Positions 1 to 13,217 of a DNA stretch of 64,000 nucleotides are shown here, one piece after another. The notes under the pieces were generated by a model, which saw nothing but the letters and a program-made list of their open reading frames with translations, was not told where the DNA came from and ran no database searches. Position 1 is the first letter of the stretch, and every line of letters starts with the position of its first letter. A program made the position numbers and the translations under genes. The stretch is from the human T2T-CHM13v2.0 reference genome, Homo sapiens: the NCBI RefSeq assembly GCF_009914755.1, contig NC_060926.1. The stretch is one strand, 5' to 3'.

Positions 1-267
1 ACAGTTCTACATACTCAACTCTGAGTTGTCTGGCAAGCATAATGGAGGGAGGATACCAGCCGTGAATAATTACAGAATAACCTGTATCGTGTGATATGTT
101 TGAACTGTCATACGTATGAGTCCAGGTGGGTCTCATGTTATATGAAGTCCTAGCTTCTTTCAGCTCCTTGTGTCTTACCCATATTGGAGATAAATTACCG
201 CAGACCTATCAGGCTTTGCCAGCTGTGGCCTGGCTCAAGCCCCAGAGGCAGCTGCATGGGAGGCTTA

Positions 268-671
<404 letters not shown>

Positions 672-676
672 TTACC

Positions 677-805
677 AAAAAAAAAAGAAGAAAAAGAAGA
701 AGAAGAAAAAGAAGAAGAAGAAGAAGAAGAAGAAGAAGAAGAAGAAGAAGAAGAAGAAGAAGAAGAAGAAGGAGAAGAAGGAGAAGAAGGAGAAGAAGGA
801 GAAAA
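677..805 (+). repeat. A-run + (GAA)n / (GGAGAAGAA)n microsatellite
   Basis: Pure (GAA)20 at 711-770, then GGAGAAGAA units; explains the poly-K/poly-E ORFs 607..810 and 624..824. Confidence 0.97.
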
Positions 806-1219
806 TATGAAAAGAAATGTCTAGGCTTTAAGGTGAAGATGGGAGAATGGACAGCAAACCTAGTACATATTTGTTAAAGTGGAGGTCCCTATGGCCACTA
901 CAGAAGACTGGGATTTTAGCCTGCTTCTGTGCTTTGGAGAGAACTAGCACATCTTTCTAGTCATTTGCATCCCTCTACCAGAGTTAGTAAATCAGGCTAG
1001 GACCAGGAAGGCACTGTCGCTAAAGGACCCTTGGTAAAAGTTTCTACTGGAGTCTACACTTTTCCTGCTCCAAACCTTCTGGCCAAAATGTGTCTTATCT
1101 CAAAATGTCAAGCTTTGTGCAATATCGTTATTAGTTTATATATATTTTCCTGCAGAAATCATGACATTTCTATACAATTATTTTAGTCTTTCTTATAATT
1201 TCTGTTTTTTCGTGAAAGA

Positions 1220-1881
1220 AATTTTATATTTATATAGTTATATTTGATGTAGTTGAAGATTCAGTGGTTAGTTCTCATCCACATTGACTGTCTGTAGATT
1301 TTTTTTTTTTCGAGACAAAGCCTTTTTCTGTCACCTAGGCTGGAGTGCAGTGAGATCTTGACTAATTTTTTGTATTTTTAGTAGAGACAGGGTTTCACCA
1401 TATTGGCCAAGCTGGTCTTGAACTCCTGACCTCAAGTGATCTGCCCATCTTGGCCTCCCAAAGTGCTGGGGTTACAGGCATGAGCCACCGTGCCTGGCTG
1501 ACTATCTGTAGATTTTTGAAAGTGGTAACAGGTACATAGGTAATCAAAGTACAGAGCTTATTTGGTGAATCTTCATCCTCATTACATCCTCTGGACAGCT
1601 GCACGCGGATACGGTACGGGACATTCCTTATTCCTTTGGCAAAGACAACTTTATTGAGCCTGGTATCAATGCACACATCTGGAGTTCCCATCTCCTTCAT
1701 TGCAAAATTTCCGGATCTCTTTGAGTGCCTGAGGGACATGCTTCTTGAAGCCCACTCTGTGGATGTGCTTGTGAATGTTGGTGTATTCTTGGGTCATCAC
1801 CTCGTTGATGGCAGAATGGTCCATTTTCTTCTTGCCACTGTTCTTTGCAGGAGCCATTCTGCTAGGCCCAAGTTGGTAAAG
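1220..1881 (-). pseudogene. RPL31 (eL31) processed pseudogene, interrupted by an Alu
   Basis: ATG at 1857 gives [17 protein letters not shown]..; frameshift near 1703 into [26 protein letters not shown]; remainder TVNVDEN-stop (stop 1268-1270) lies beyond the Alu; intronless, with an RPL31-like pyrimidine 5'UTR. Confidence 0.93.
1300..1498 (-). mobile_element. Internally deleted Alu inside the RPL31 pseudogene
   Basis: About 200-bp Alu; TSD tgact(g/a)tctgtagattttt at 1285-1303 and 1499-1517. Confidence 0.9.
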
Positions 1882-1949
1882 CTTGTTATCATTTCTTTAA
1901 GCTTTTTTTCTCCTCTTTTCTTTTTTTCAATCTGAACCATTCCAATGAC

Positions 1950-2053
1950 CTTTTCTTCTTTCTCCTTCCTTCCTCCCTCCCTCCCTCCCTCCCTCCCTCC
2001 CTCCCTCCCTTCCTTCCTTCCTTCTTTCCTTCCTTCCTTCCTTCCTTCCTTCC
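1950..2053. repeat. (CCCT)n/(CCTT)n polypyrimidine microsatellite at the Alu tail
   Basis: Direct reading. Confidence 0.93.
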
Positions 2054-2055
2054 AT

Positions 2056-2341
2056 TTTTGAGACACAGTCTTACTCTGTCGCCCAGGCTGGAGTGCAGTG
2101 GCACGATCTTGGCTCACTTTAACCTCTGCCTCCTGGGTTCAAGCAACTCTCCTGCCTTAGATTTCCGAATAGCTGGGATTACAGGCATGCTCCACCTCAC
2201 CCAGCTAATTTTCGTATTTTTAGTAGAGATGGGGTTTCTCCTTGTTGGCTAGGCTGGTCTTGAACTCCTGACCTCAGGTTATCTGCCCACCTTGGCCTCC
2301 CAAAGTGCTGGGATTACAGGTGTGAGCCACCGCACCAAGCC
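2056..2341 (-). mobile_element. Alu
   Basis: Reverse-complement Alu consensus. Confidence 0.93.
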
Positions 2342-2723
2342 CCAATAGCTTTTTCATCTTGCTTTGTCATCCTGGTACTTTTAACACTGATATTCTGGTA
2401 TTTCAAACCAATGTAGTGGAGCCTTGCTATATGGTCTGAAAGTTTTTGTTCTCCCTAAATTCATATGTTTTTCACAATTTATGATGCTTTAGTTACACAG
2501 ATGAACCACATGGGCTGGACTAGGGGTGGGGCGGGTGTTAGGAAAATTGGGGCAATCACAGAGCACCTTGCAGAGGCACTTCCTTTACTTGGCGTGGACA
2601 GAGTTAGCTCCAGCTATCACCCCTTCTCTAAAACCTTTACAGATTCCTCGGATTAGAAGCAAGGCCCTTATCATTGTGTACTTTCCATCAGTTATTTGTG
2701 GTAAATACCCCTAACTAGACTAG

Positions 2724-3217
<494 letters not shown>

Positions 3218-3577
3218 TAGTTCTTCATTTCTAACAAGTTTTCAGGTGATGCTTATGTTGGTAGTCCTCTGAGACTATCACACTTTAAGTTTCAGGGTGT
3301 TAGAAAAACGACCCAGAACAGGCTACACGTAGTCAGTTTCCTGGGTTTAAATGTGAATTCTGATTTTACTAACTGCGATTGTGGGCAGTGTAAGCCTCTT
3401 GCTTTCTCCGTAAAATGAGATACACTCAGCACCTCTTGCATGTGTTATTGCGAACATTCCGTAAAATAATGTACATAGAGGGCAGTCAGGTTCGGGTCGC
3501 GGTCAGAGTACAATTAATAGTAATTACGAATGTGGGGGCGGAGCCGACAACGGAAGGGGTGGAGCGTCGCCAACCGT

Positions 3578-3589
3578 TGCGCATGCGCA
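3578..3589. promoter_or_regulatory. NRF1 binding site
   Basis: Perfect palindrome TGCGCATGCGCA, the NRF1 consensus. Confidence 0.85.
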
Positions 3590-3611
3590 GTCCCCCTTGA
3601 ACGCACCTCAG
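3588..3611 (+). other. CEBPZOS: CEBPZOS non-coding exon 1 (start approximate)
   Basis: Strong donor CAG|GTAAGA at 3611/3612 just downstream of the NRF1 site. Confidence 0.7.
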
Positions 3612-4680
3612 GTAAGACTCTGGCGAGTGGCTTCCCATGGGCGGTCGGATTTCGGGGTCCCTAGTGCGACGAGAGTGGGGCGGTCTTCTGCGTGGGGCCT
3701 CGTCACAGTTCTGGGGGCATGTGGAGGATAGTCAGGTGTCACTGCCTTAATTCACTGGAGGCGAGTGTTTCCGGGTCGCTAGGCGGCCGTGGTCTGGCGG
3801 CCGGGCCGTGCTCCGTGCGTGCCCGCGCGTGTCGCCTGCAGGCCCGGGCCTAGCGTTCCGCGGGCTAGGGGAGAGCTGAGGGCAGCCGAGGGCACCAGGG
3901 AACCGGGGGAAGCGGGAGCTGGGTGGGACCGCGGCAGGAGCCGGGAGCCGGGGGAGCGGAGGCGGCCAGCTCTCGGCCTCTGTTGAAAAGTCGTCCTCTG
4001 CACAGCTAGGCTGGGAGAGACGTTGCTGCTTGAAACCGCGTAGCCTGCAGACGCTAAGCTGGGAGGCCGCCCCGATTCCCTGGAGCGCATCCCGGGATAA
4101 GGGGCTTCCGACCCAGCATTGCACATTTGGCTTGAGCTTGTGTCCCCGAGTCAGCGTCTCAGCCCCGTGTGATGTTAACTGCATGACACACAGCCCTGCG
4201 CCGAATCTGTCAGAGGCGGCTTCGTGTTAAACTTCACCTAAACTTCCCGGAATGATGCCTTTCCCTGTGCCGAGAAGGCAGGCGCTGGTCTGCCGTGTCT
4301 CCCTTGCCGCAGCTAGTAAACCTCACTTCTTTGTGGGTGGACAGGTGTATCCCTGGTGGTCTGTAGCAAAGGAACTTGAAGTTTTATCAGCCTCCTGAAG
4401 CCGAGAGCCTCAGTGCAAAACGTATATGTATTTTTAAAAAGGTAAATACTTTGTTGTACGGTGTTATTTGGAGGCAGCTATGCTCACCACTATACACCAA
4501 GGCAGCCGTACAGTATTATTCGCACTTTATTTTCTTTTCTTTTAACCCTGGCCTACAGATGGACTTTATTTCTTAGCACCACCCTCTCTTAAAACAAAAT
4601 TTTACTTCGATTCCTTGAATAATGGAACTGGCTGCAGGCGGTCTTTGTTCATTCCTTGAACATTAAAAATAACCCCAAGA

Positions 4681-5306
<626 letters not shown>

Positions 5307-5974
5307 TTACTTTCTGTCAGTCATGTACAGCATTGTAGTGAATGGAGCAAAACAACTGTCCCTTCCCACCACTCAACTGCCTCTTAGTTATATATGAATT
5401 ACTTTGTAAATTTCTTTGCTTCATTTCTTTTAAATAAGAATAATAAAGTTTTAATCTTTTGGTCCCCAGGGTGATCACATTATTAAAATGAGGGAATTTG
5501 GGGGGTGGTGGGGAGGGCCACCTGGTAAGATATCAGCAGAATAATCCTACAAAAGGAAGGTTATTTGATTACACCCGCCCTCAGGCATTGAAAAGGGGTC
5601 GGAAGTGAATGGAGTAAACACCTGACAGCAGCGAGCTGGGATTGAGAACAAAAGAGCACACACAGGACAATAGAAAAATCTGAAAAACAAGTGGTTCTCC
5701 TCTTCTGGACTTTGAGGTTATAAGGAGGCTGACTAAAAACTTGGGTTTACATTAATGTCTTCAGTAAGTCTTATATTCTATTTTCTTAGCTTATCTTTAA
5801 TTTGAAAAAGAATAATGACACAAACCCTTTTTCCTGATTAGCTTTTAAAGGAAGACAATCAAGATCTAACCGGTCTGTAGTTTTGCCACTTAACTGGTTC
5901 ATCACCCAATCAGTTTCCATCCCCTGCCCCCATTTGTATAAAAATTACTGCGTGTCTGCGAAAGGGCAGATTAC

Positions 5975-6199
5975 TGGCTCATGCCTGTAATCCCAGCACT
6001 TTGGGAGGCTGAGGTGGGCGGATTGCTTGAGCTCACGGGTTCGAGACCAATCTGGGCAACATGGTGAGACCCTGTGTCTACTAAAAATACAAAAAATACA
6101 AAAAAATAGCCAGGCATGCCAGTGGTCCCAGCTGCTCGGGAGGCTGAGGTGGGAGGATTGTTTGAGCCCAGTGAGCTGAGATTGTGCCACTGCACTCCA
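5975..6199 (+). mobile_element. Truncated Alu (AluJ-like)
   Basis: Alu consensus lacking 5' end and tail. Confidence 0.85.
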
Positions 6200-6747
6200 A
6201 ATGCCTGAACTATGGCACAGTTTAGTATATGTTGTATTAATAGTTTAGTATATGTTGTATTATTAGTATGTATCAGTATATAGGATATCTATACTATCTA
6301 TAATATATAGTATATGTAATAGTGTATGTTGTATTAATAAATGAAGAACTCCAGCCCTTTAGAAAGTGTAGAACCACTTGAGAAAGATCTTACTTTTGTA
6401 CGGCACTTTACAAAGAGCTGTTTATATATTGTATCCATTTAGATTATTTCTTAACTCCCAGTGCAGCTAAAAAATTATCTTCCCCATTCTGTTTTCCTAC
6501 ACAATTAAATAATTTTAGTTCCGTAAATTGTTCTTTTTACAACGCTTTCTTGCATTTTCTCTCTTTCCTGTGCTTTATCCAATTTTGTCTTTGGTTCATC
6601 ATGCCCCTCAGGCATGGAGTTTGAAAACTAGGTAGATAGGATGTCTAAACCAAAAAAGTATACCATAGTATTGGTCTTACTCCCATACAGAGAAGCCATT
6701 CAAACTGTGGGAATGAATTTGAGTTATTAGAGAAATGATAATAGTAG

Positions 6748-6939
<192 letters not shown>

Positions 6940-7644
6940 TAAAGGGGTATAGTTTTGCTAATCCATTTTATGTGTTAAATGGCAATGGCATGTTTGGAGA
7001 AATTGGTTCTTCAGATTCAAGATATTAGACATTTTTAGGGGCAGAACAGGAATCAAAGTATTCATTATTGTGGACTAGATCACTCTCACTTCTCCCTTAA
7101 AAATGTTGTTTGTGGGCTAAGGAAAAAATTTCATACCTCCATGGATTTTACTATTGTGGAGGATATAGCAAGTGTCCTTGGTCTGGCTTAGTTTGGGAGC
7201 ACAGATGGAGGAAACTTAGCCTGCCCATTATACTTCATTGTTTGGTAGACTAAGAAAGTAACTGGTATTGCTGTTTTCTGAGTAACCAGTTTTCTCAGGC
7301 TATAGTATTCTTCCTGGGCATCAACAGTGGGCACTAAGACTTTCACATGCTATGGCCGAAAGTGCTTTAACATTTTTCTTGGGGAAATTTTATATTAGAG
7401 CTCTCAACTTTTTAAATTAGGAAGTGATTTTTCCCTAAAACAGGGAATAGACCTGGCATGATAGCCATCTTTGAAACTTGCCACAGTCTTCCTCAGCATA
7501 CTTGGTTGGAACGCTGTACCAAGATGCTACTGGATACTCAAAAAATCCCTTTTCTTTTAAACTCTAAGGAAGGGTATTAAAAAAACATCCCAACAGTATT
7601 TAAAAACAAATTAAAGCTTGGGATCAGTTTTAAAAAGTGTCATG

Positions 7645-7980
7645 GCTGGGTGTGATGGCTTGCACTTGTAATTCCAGCACTTCGGGAGGCCAAGGTGGAA
7701 GGACTGCTTGAGCTCAGTCTGGGCTAAACATAACAAGACACTGTATCTTAAGAAAAAAAAAAAAGTGCTGGGCATGATGGTGTGCTCCTGTAGTCCCAGC
7801 TACTCGGGAGGTTGAGGTAGGAGGCTCCCCTGAGCCCCATCCCAGCTACTTGACCTTGGCTGACGTAGGAGGCTCGCTTGAGCCCAGCCCAGGGGGGTCT
7901 AGGCAGTGGTGGATTGTGACTGTGCCACTGTACTGCAGCCTGGGCAACAGGGAGAGAGATCCTGACTCAAAAAAACAAAA
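7645..7980 (+). mobile_element. AluJ-like element with internal duplication
   Basis: Diverged Alu; cccagctact..gtaggaggctc..tgagccc segment repeated around 7794-7890. Confidence 0.85.
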
Positions 7981-8137
7981 GGAGATCGTTCCTGGATTAC
8001 CAGAAAGACCTTCAAACAAATTTCTAATCTATATGGTTCCCATCATATGGACCCTAAAGCTAGCATTAAATTGTGGCTGTGTTAATATAATGAATTTCTG
8101 TTCATATCTAATTTCAAGACATCCTTTTTTCCATCAG

Positions 8138-8182
8138 ATTTCAGGCAAACAATGAGCAAGAAATATCCCTTCATCTTGGAAG
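8138..8182 (+). CDS. CEBPZOS: CEBPZOS coding exon 2 (DFRQTMSKKYPFILE)
   Basis: ttccatcag| ... AG|gtatg; 45 nt, phase 1-1. Confidence 0.92.
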
Positions 8183-8712
8183 GTATGTTTTTCCTTAAGT
8201 AAAAATAAGTATAAAACAACTTCTTCAGGTAACCTATAAATTATGTAGTAATTTCTTTACAAGGAATTTCTAACAATACTATTCACATGTATTTTAGTTC
8301 TTCTGAGACTAAATTCTCATCTATTCTAGTGAGAGGAGAATTAGGTAATGGGCTGGATTCTGAATTCTTCTAGTGGTTAAGAATGTAAACTCTGGAATCA
8401 TTCATATATGAGGTGATAGAATCAAACCACAGTTTAAACCTTTGGTTTTAAAAGATCAGTTTCATCTCAGGTTTGCTAACTTCTTGGAGCTGTCTCTTTC
8501 TCTGTCAAGTAGATAAAGACTGAACAAGATGACATCATGTAGTTAGACGAAATAGTGCTCATTACAATGATCAGAGATGCCAGGACTTATATGTGAAGTC
8601 TGTAATCCTACTGTCCTCTTTTTCATTTTGTTATGTAGCAATATGGAAAAAAGAAGTTGTTTTTTTCAATACATTTAATTTTAACAATGTTTCCACATGA
8701 CTTTATAAATGA

Positions 8713-8814
<102 letters not shown>

Positions 8815-8853
8815 ATGTAAGTAGAATTTTAATCTATAATTTACATTAATAAC

Positions 8854-8993
8854 TCATTTCCTTTGTTTTTTAGTTTTTTGAGTGGTTTTAATCCTCTTCT
8901 TTTTAAAATGTTTCTTTTTCTTGATGATACTTTTTGCATCTCTGTTGTGTAGCCAGTCATCACGTTCAGCCTCCCATCTAAGCTGTTTGAGAC
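8854..8993 (-). CDS. CEBPZ: CEBPZ exon 16 (SLKQLRWEAERDDW..KKQRK*)
   Basis: aaag|GTCTC acceptor, TGA at 8854-8856; 140 nt; basic tail. Confidence 0.95.
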
Positions 8994-9349
8994 CTTTGAG
9001 AGAAGAAGAAAAGATGAGTGTACTACCACACTGTAGACTCTTGGTGGTCCCACAGAACATGCTGCTGAGTCACAGGAACTTCTAGCCTGCCTTGGCCTGT
9101 GGTTTCCCACCCACTATACAAACCCACTGCTTGTTTGTTGCTTTTCTTCTCATATTTATTGTCAAAGATAAATGTTTCAAAAAGAAATGACTAAGGAAGG
9201 AAAAGAAACAAATGCTCTAAAGATTTTCTCTCCCCAAGCACTTTTACTGGTGAAATAAAAACCAGTAACAATCAATATGTAAAAACGGCCCACTTCCCTA
9301 AAAAAAAGTAATTTTTGTAGTCTGCAAGGTTTTTTTTTTTTTTGCTTTA

Positions 9350-9811
<462 letters not shown>

Positions 9812-9851
9812 CTATTTTTAAAACATCAATAAAAAAATTTAAGTTACTTAC

Positions 9852-9933
9852 TTGCATTATCTTTGTTAGCCATGGCATTCATGCCAATGTTATCAAACTT
9901 GGATCCCATATTTTCATCCAATAGATGGCCAAA
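9852..9933 (-). CDS. CEBPZ: CEBPZ exon 15 (FGHLLDENMGSKFDNIGMNAMANKDNA)
   Basis: AG/GT boundaries, 82 nt, frame continuous. Confidence 0.95.
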
Positions 9934-10017
9934 CTTTTAAACAAAAACGATAAATTTATTAGAAAACTAAAAATAATGTAGAATAGCTAGCTTGTTAAAA
10001 CAGTACATTAGCCTTAC

Positions 10018-10076
10018 CTCTTCAGCAGATACAAATAGGCTGGAATCATTTAAGTTTCTTTTCTTTTTTCTTGGCC
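10018..10076 (-). CDS. CEBPZ: CEBPZ exon 14 (GPRKKKRNLNDSSLFVSAEE)
   Basis: AG/GT boundaries, 59 nt; NLS-like PRKKKR. Confidence 0.95.
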
Positions 10077-10689
10077 CTAAAAAAAATTGTAAGTCTACAT
10101 TATTCAATTATAAATCTAATGATTTTAGAAAAATGCAATGCAACATGATTTTATTTTAAAAATTATACTTGGGTAAAAACAATTGCAATAATCTTCTGGC
10201 ACCATTGGGTAGCTGGCATTTAAATATAATTTAAGAGTTAGTATATAATATTTTCAAAAAGCTAACAACATCCTAATAGAACTGTTCAGATGACAAGAGT
10301 GTCTTCTTGCTTTTCAGATTTGGCCACTGATCGAAGTTTTACCCATAAGGGAAATAACATAGTATCAAGCAATAGTAAAATTATCAGTTTGACATGGATG
10401 GGTTTTGAAATACTTAAGACACAACATAAAATTTAGTTCAGGGGTCTTTAGATTGTAAAGAAATTGACTGAAAGTATGTTTATTATGCTATAAATGAAGT
10501 TGTTTATAACAGCGAAAAAGGTTCTCCTTTAAAAAAAAAACTTATCTGTAGTACTGAATATATAAACTTTTCCTGAAACAATTATTCAAACTCTGCATCT
10601 TTGATATCAATGTCTCTAGCAGTAGTAGAGCCATATTTTAAAAAGAGCTTTACTAAATACAGATCATAACATTCAGCTGTTTTAAGTGT

Positions 10690-11110
10690 ATTAACGCATT
10701 TTGGTAAATTTACAGACTTGTTCAACCACAACCACAGTCTGATTTTAGAACATTTCCATCAACTTCAAAGATCCCTGGTGCCATTTGTAGTCCTCCAACC
10801 CATCTCCGATCTATCTTGTTTCTATGACTTGCCTTTTCTGGCTATTTCATATAAATGGGATCATATGACATGTGGTTTCCTATATCTGACTTTTTTCATT
10901 TAGCATAACGTTTTTGAGGCTCATCCATGTTGTAGTACTCCATGCCATGTTGTGGGCTACATAATATTCCATTGTATGGATATACCACATTTTGCTTATC
11001 AGTTAATGGACATTTAGGTTTTGTCTACTTTTTGGCATTAATAGTGCTGCTGTGAACAATCATGTACAAGTCTTTGTATCAGAGCCACTTTTGATAAAAT
11101 AGTTTCTAAA
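10690..11110 (-). mobile_element. Old L1M 3'-region fragment
   Basis: Motifs such as atattccattgtatggatataccacattttgcttatc; boundaries approximate. Confidence 0.7.
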
Positions 11111-11281
11111 ACATTTCATCTTGATTTTTATTAAGGTGATATGTATGTTACTTAACAGCTGTATAATACACATTTGCATGCATTAGGAAGTTTTTTTTGG
11201 GTTTTATTCATCCTGTAGTGATGTATCTGTGACCTCAACGAGTAGGCACTTCTGTACTGTACTGGTTTCTTAAAGTTTCTT

Positions 11282-11690
<409 letters not shown>

Positions 11691-11771
11691 TTAAAGTTTC
11701 TATAAGGTATGTTTATTCTTAAGGATATCTACTCTAACACCTGTAAATGTAGGGTGATCAATTAGTAAATT

Positions 11772-11795
11772 AATAAATCTGAATCAATTAATAAA
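11772..11795 (+). terminator. CEBPZOS: Candidate distal CEBPZOS poly(A) signals (AATAAA x2)
   Basis: aattaataaatctg occurs twice, followed by a U-rich stretch; a proximal AATAAA lies at 9254-9259. Confidence 0.5.
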
Positions 11796-12289
11796 TCTGT
11801 TTAAAATTCCTTGCCTCTTTTTGTTTCAGTCAATTCTGTTGGGTATTCTTTAATCTGCATCCAAAACTATTATCAATTGAGATCTGAAATCCTTTCAGGC
11901 TAATGTCTTCTGAAACAGTACTTTACTATTTGAAACAAGCTCAGAGCATCTTTTTTAACATTAAAAAATTTTTTTCTTCTCCTCAAATTCCTTTTACCAG
12001 CATCTTTTAATAAAAGGCTCAGTAGAACTTGAAGTAAAGCAACACTTTTCTGTGGGATGCTTTTGAGAAAAACTGCCTATATCTCATCTTATGCTAATAC
12101 TAAAACATGATCTTAGATACTCAAGGGAAGACAAAATCTGGAAGATAACATGTTATAATTTAAATATGTATCAGTTAAATCATAGTTATTACAGGACTAA
12201 GAAATTGACAGCAGTATTTGAAAGAGCTGATAAAATTTTGTAGGCGTGAGGCTCTGAAAGACTACTACCAATATGTAAATGAAACTTTT

Positions 12290-12703
12290 TGTCAGGCCTC
12301 TGAGCCCAAGCTAAGCCATCATATCCCCTGTGACCTGCACGCACACATCCAGATGGTCGGTTCCTGCCTTAACTGATGACATTCCACCACAAAAGAAGTG
12401 AAAATGGCCTGTTCCTGCCTTAACTGATGACATTATCTTGTGAAATTCCTTCTCCTGGCTCATCCTGGCTCAAAAGCTCCCCTACTGAGCACCTTGTGAC
12501 CCCCACTCCTGCCAGGCAGAGAACAACCCCCTTTGACTGCAATTTTCCTTTTTTCTACCCAAATCCTATAAAATGGCCCCACCCCTATCTCCCTTCACTG
12601 ACTCTCTTTTCGGACTCAGCCCGCCTGCACCCAGGTGAAATAAGCAGCCTTGTTGCTCATGCAAAGCCTGTTTGGTGGTCTCTTCATACAGACGCGCATG
12701 AAA
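12290..12703 (+). mobile_element. Solo LTR7 (HERV-H LTR)
   Basis: Starts tgtcaggcctctgagcccaagctaagcc, ends gacgcgcatgaaa; repeated gttcctgccttaactgatgacatt; TATA near 12567; 5-bp TSD ctttt. Confidence 0.93.
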
Positions 12704-13087
12704 CTTTTTAAAACATTATTATTATTTAACTTTGCAGATCTATTTTTAGTCATCAGTATTTAGCAGTAAGCAGAAGCCAGAGAGGCACTGGAGGCAAAGT
12801 ATGTACAGTGCTTTCTACATTTTTATCAAAAATCTTAAGACTGTCACCTGATACAGCACTTTTTTCTTTTATTAGCACCTTGTGTTACACTGTGAAGCAG
12901 AATCTTGTAAGATAATACTTTTAAAAATGTTAAAAAACAATTAGCAGAAAGAAGAGTTCGTATCATAATAAAGGAGCATGGATTATTGCAAGGGTCAAAT
13001 GGCAAATAATGGTTGAGAAAAGAAAAAGATAACAGGTGTCTGAAAAATGCAAGGCTTTTATAATTGAATGGTTTAAAAATGAATGAG

Positions 13088-13217
13088 CAGAGATTAGCAT
13101 GTGAATCTCTGGACTAGGTAAGGAAGATCTGCATTCAAATGTGAGTGGGCACCATCCAATCTGCTGGGGCCCTGGAGAGAACAAAACAAAGAGGCAAACA
13201 TGTTGATCTGCTGTGCT
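13088..13217 (+). mobile_element. MLT2-family (ERVL) LTR internal fragment
   Basis: gagattagcatgtg..ggactagg..aagatctgc..gggcaccatccaatc..ggagagaacaaaac resembles the recalled MLT2C consensus. Confidence 0.7.

Larger units (their letters stand above)
3480..4300. promoter_or_regulatory. CEBPZOS: CpG-island promoter of CEBPZOS
   Basis: High GC and CpG density, GC boxes, ETS core cggaag at 3551-3556. Confidence 0.85.

Noticed and set aside
1797-2117. ORFs with EGRK/EGGR repeats
   Set aside because: Alu plus (GGAA/GGGA)n microsatellite translation.
3747-4230. 115-145 aa Pro/Arg/Ala-rich ORFs
   Set aside because: Stop-poor CpG-island sequence with no recognisable domain.
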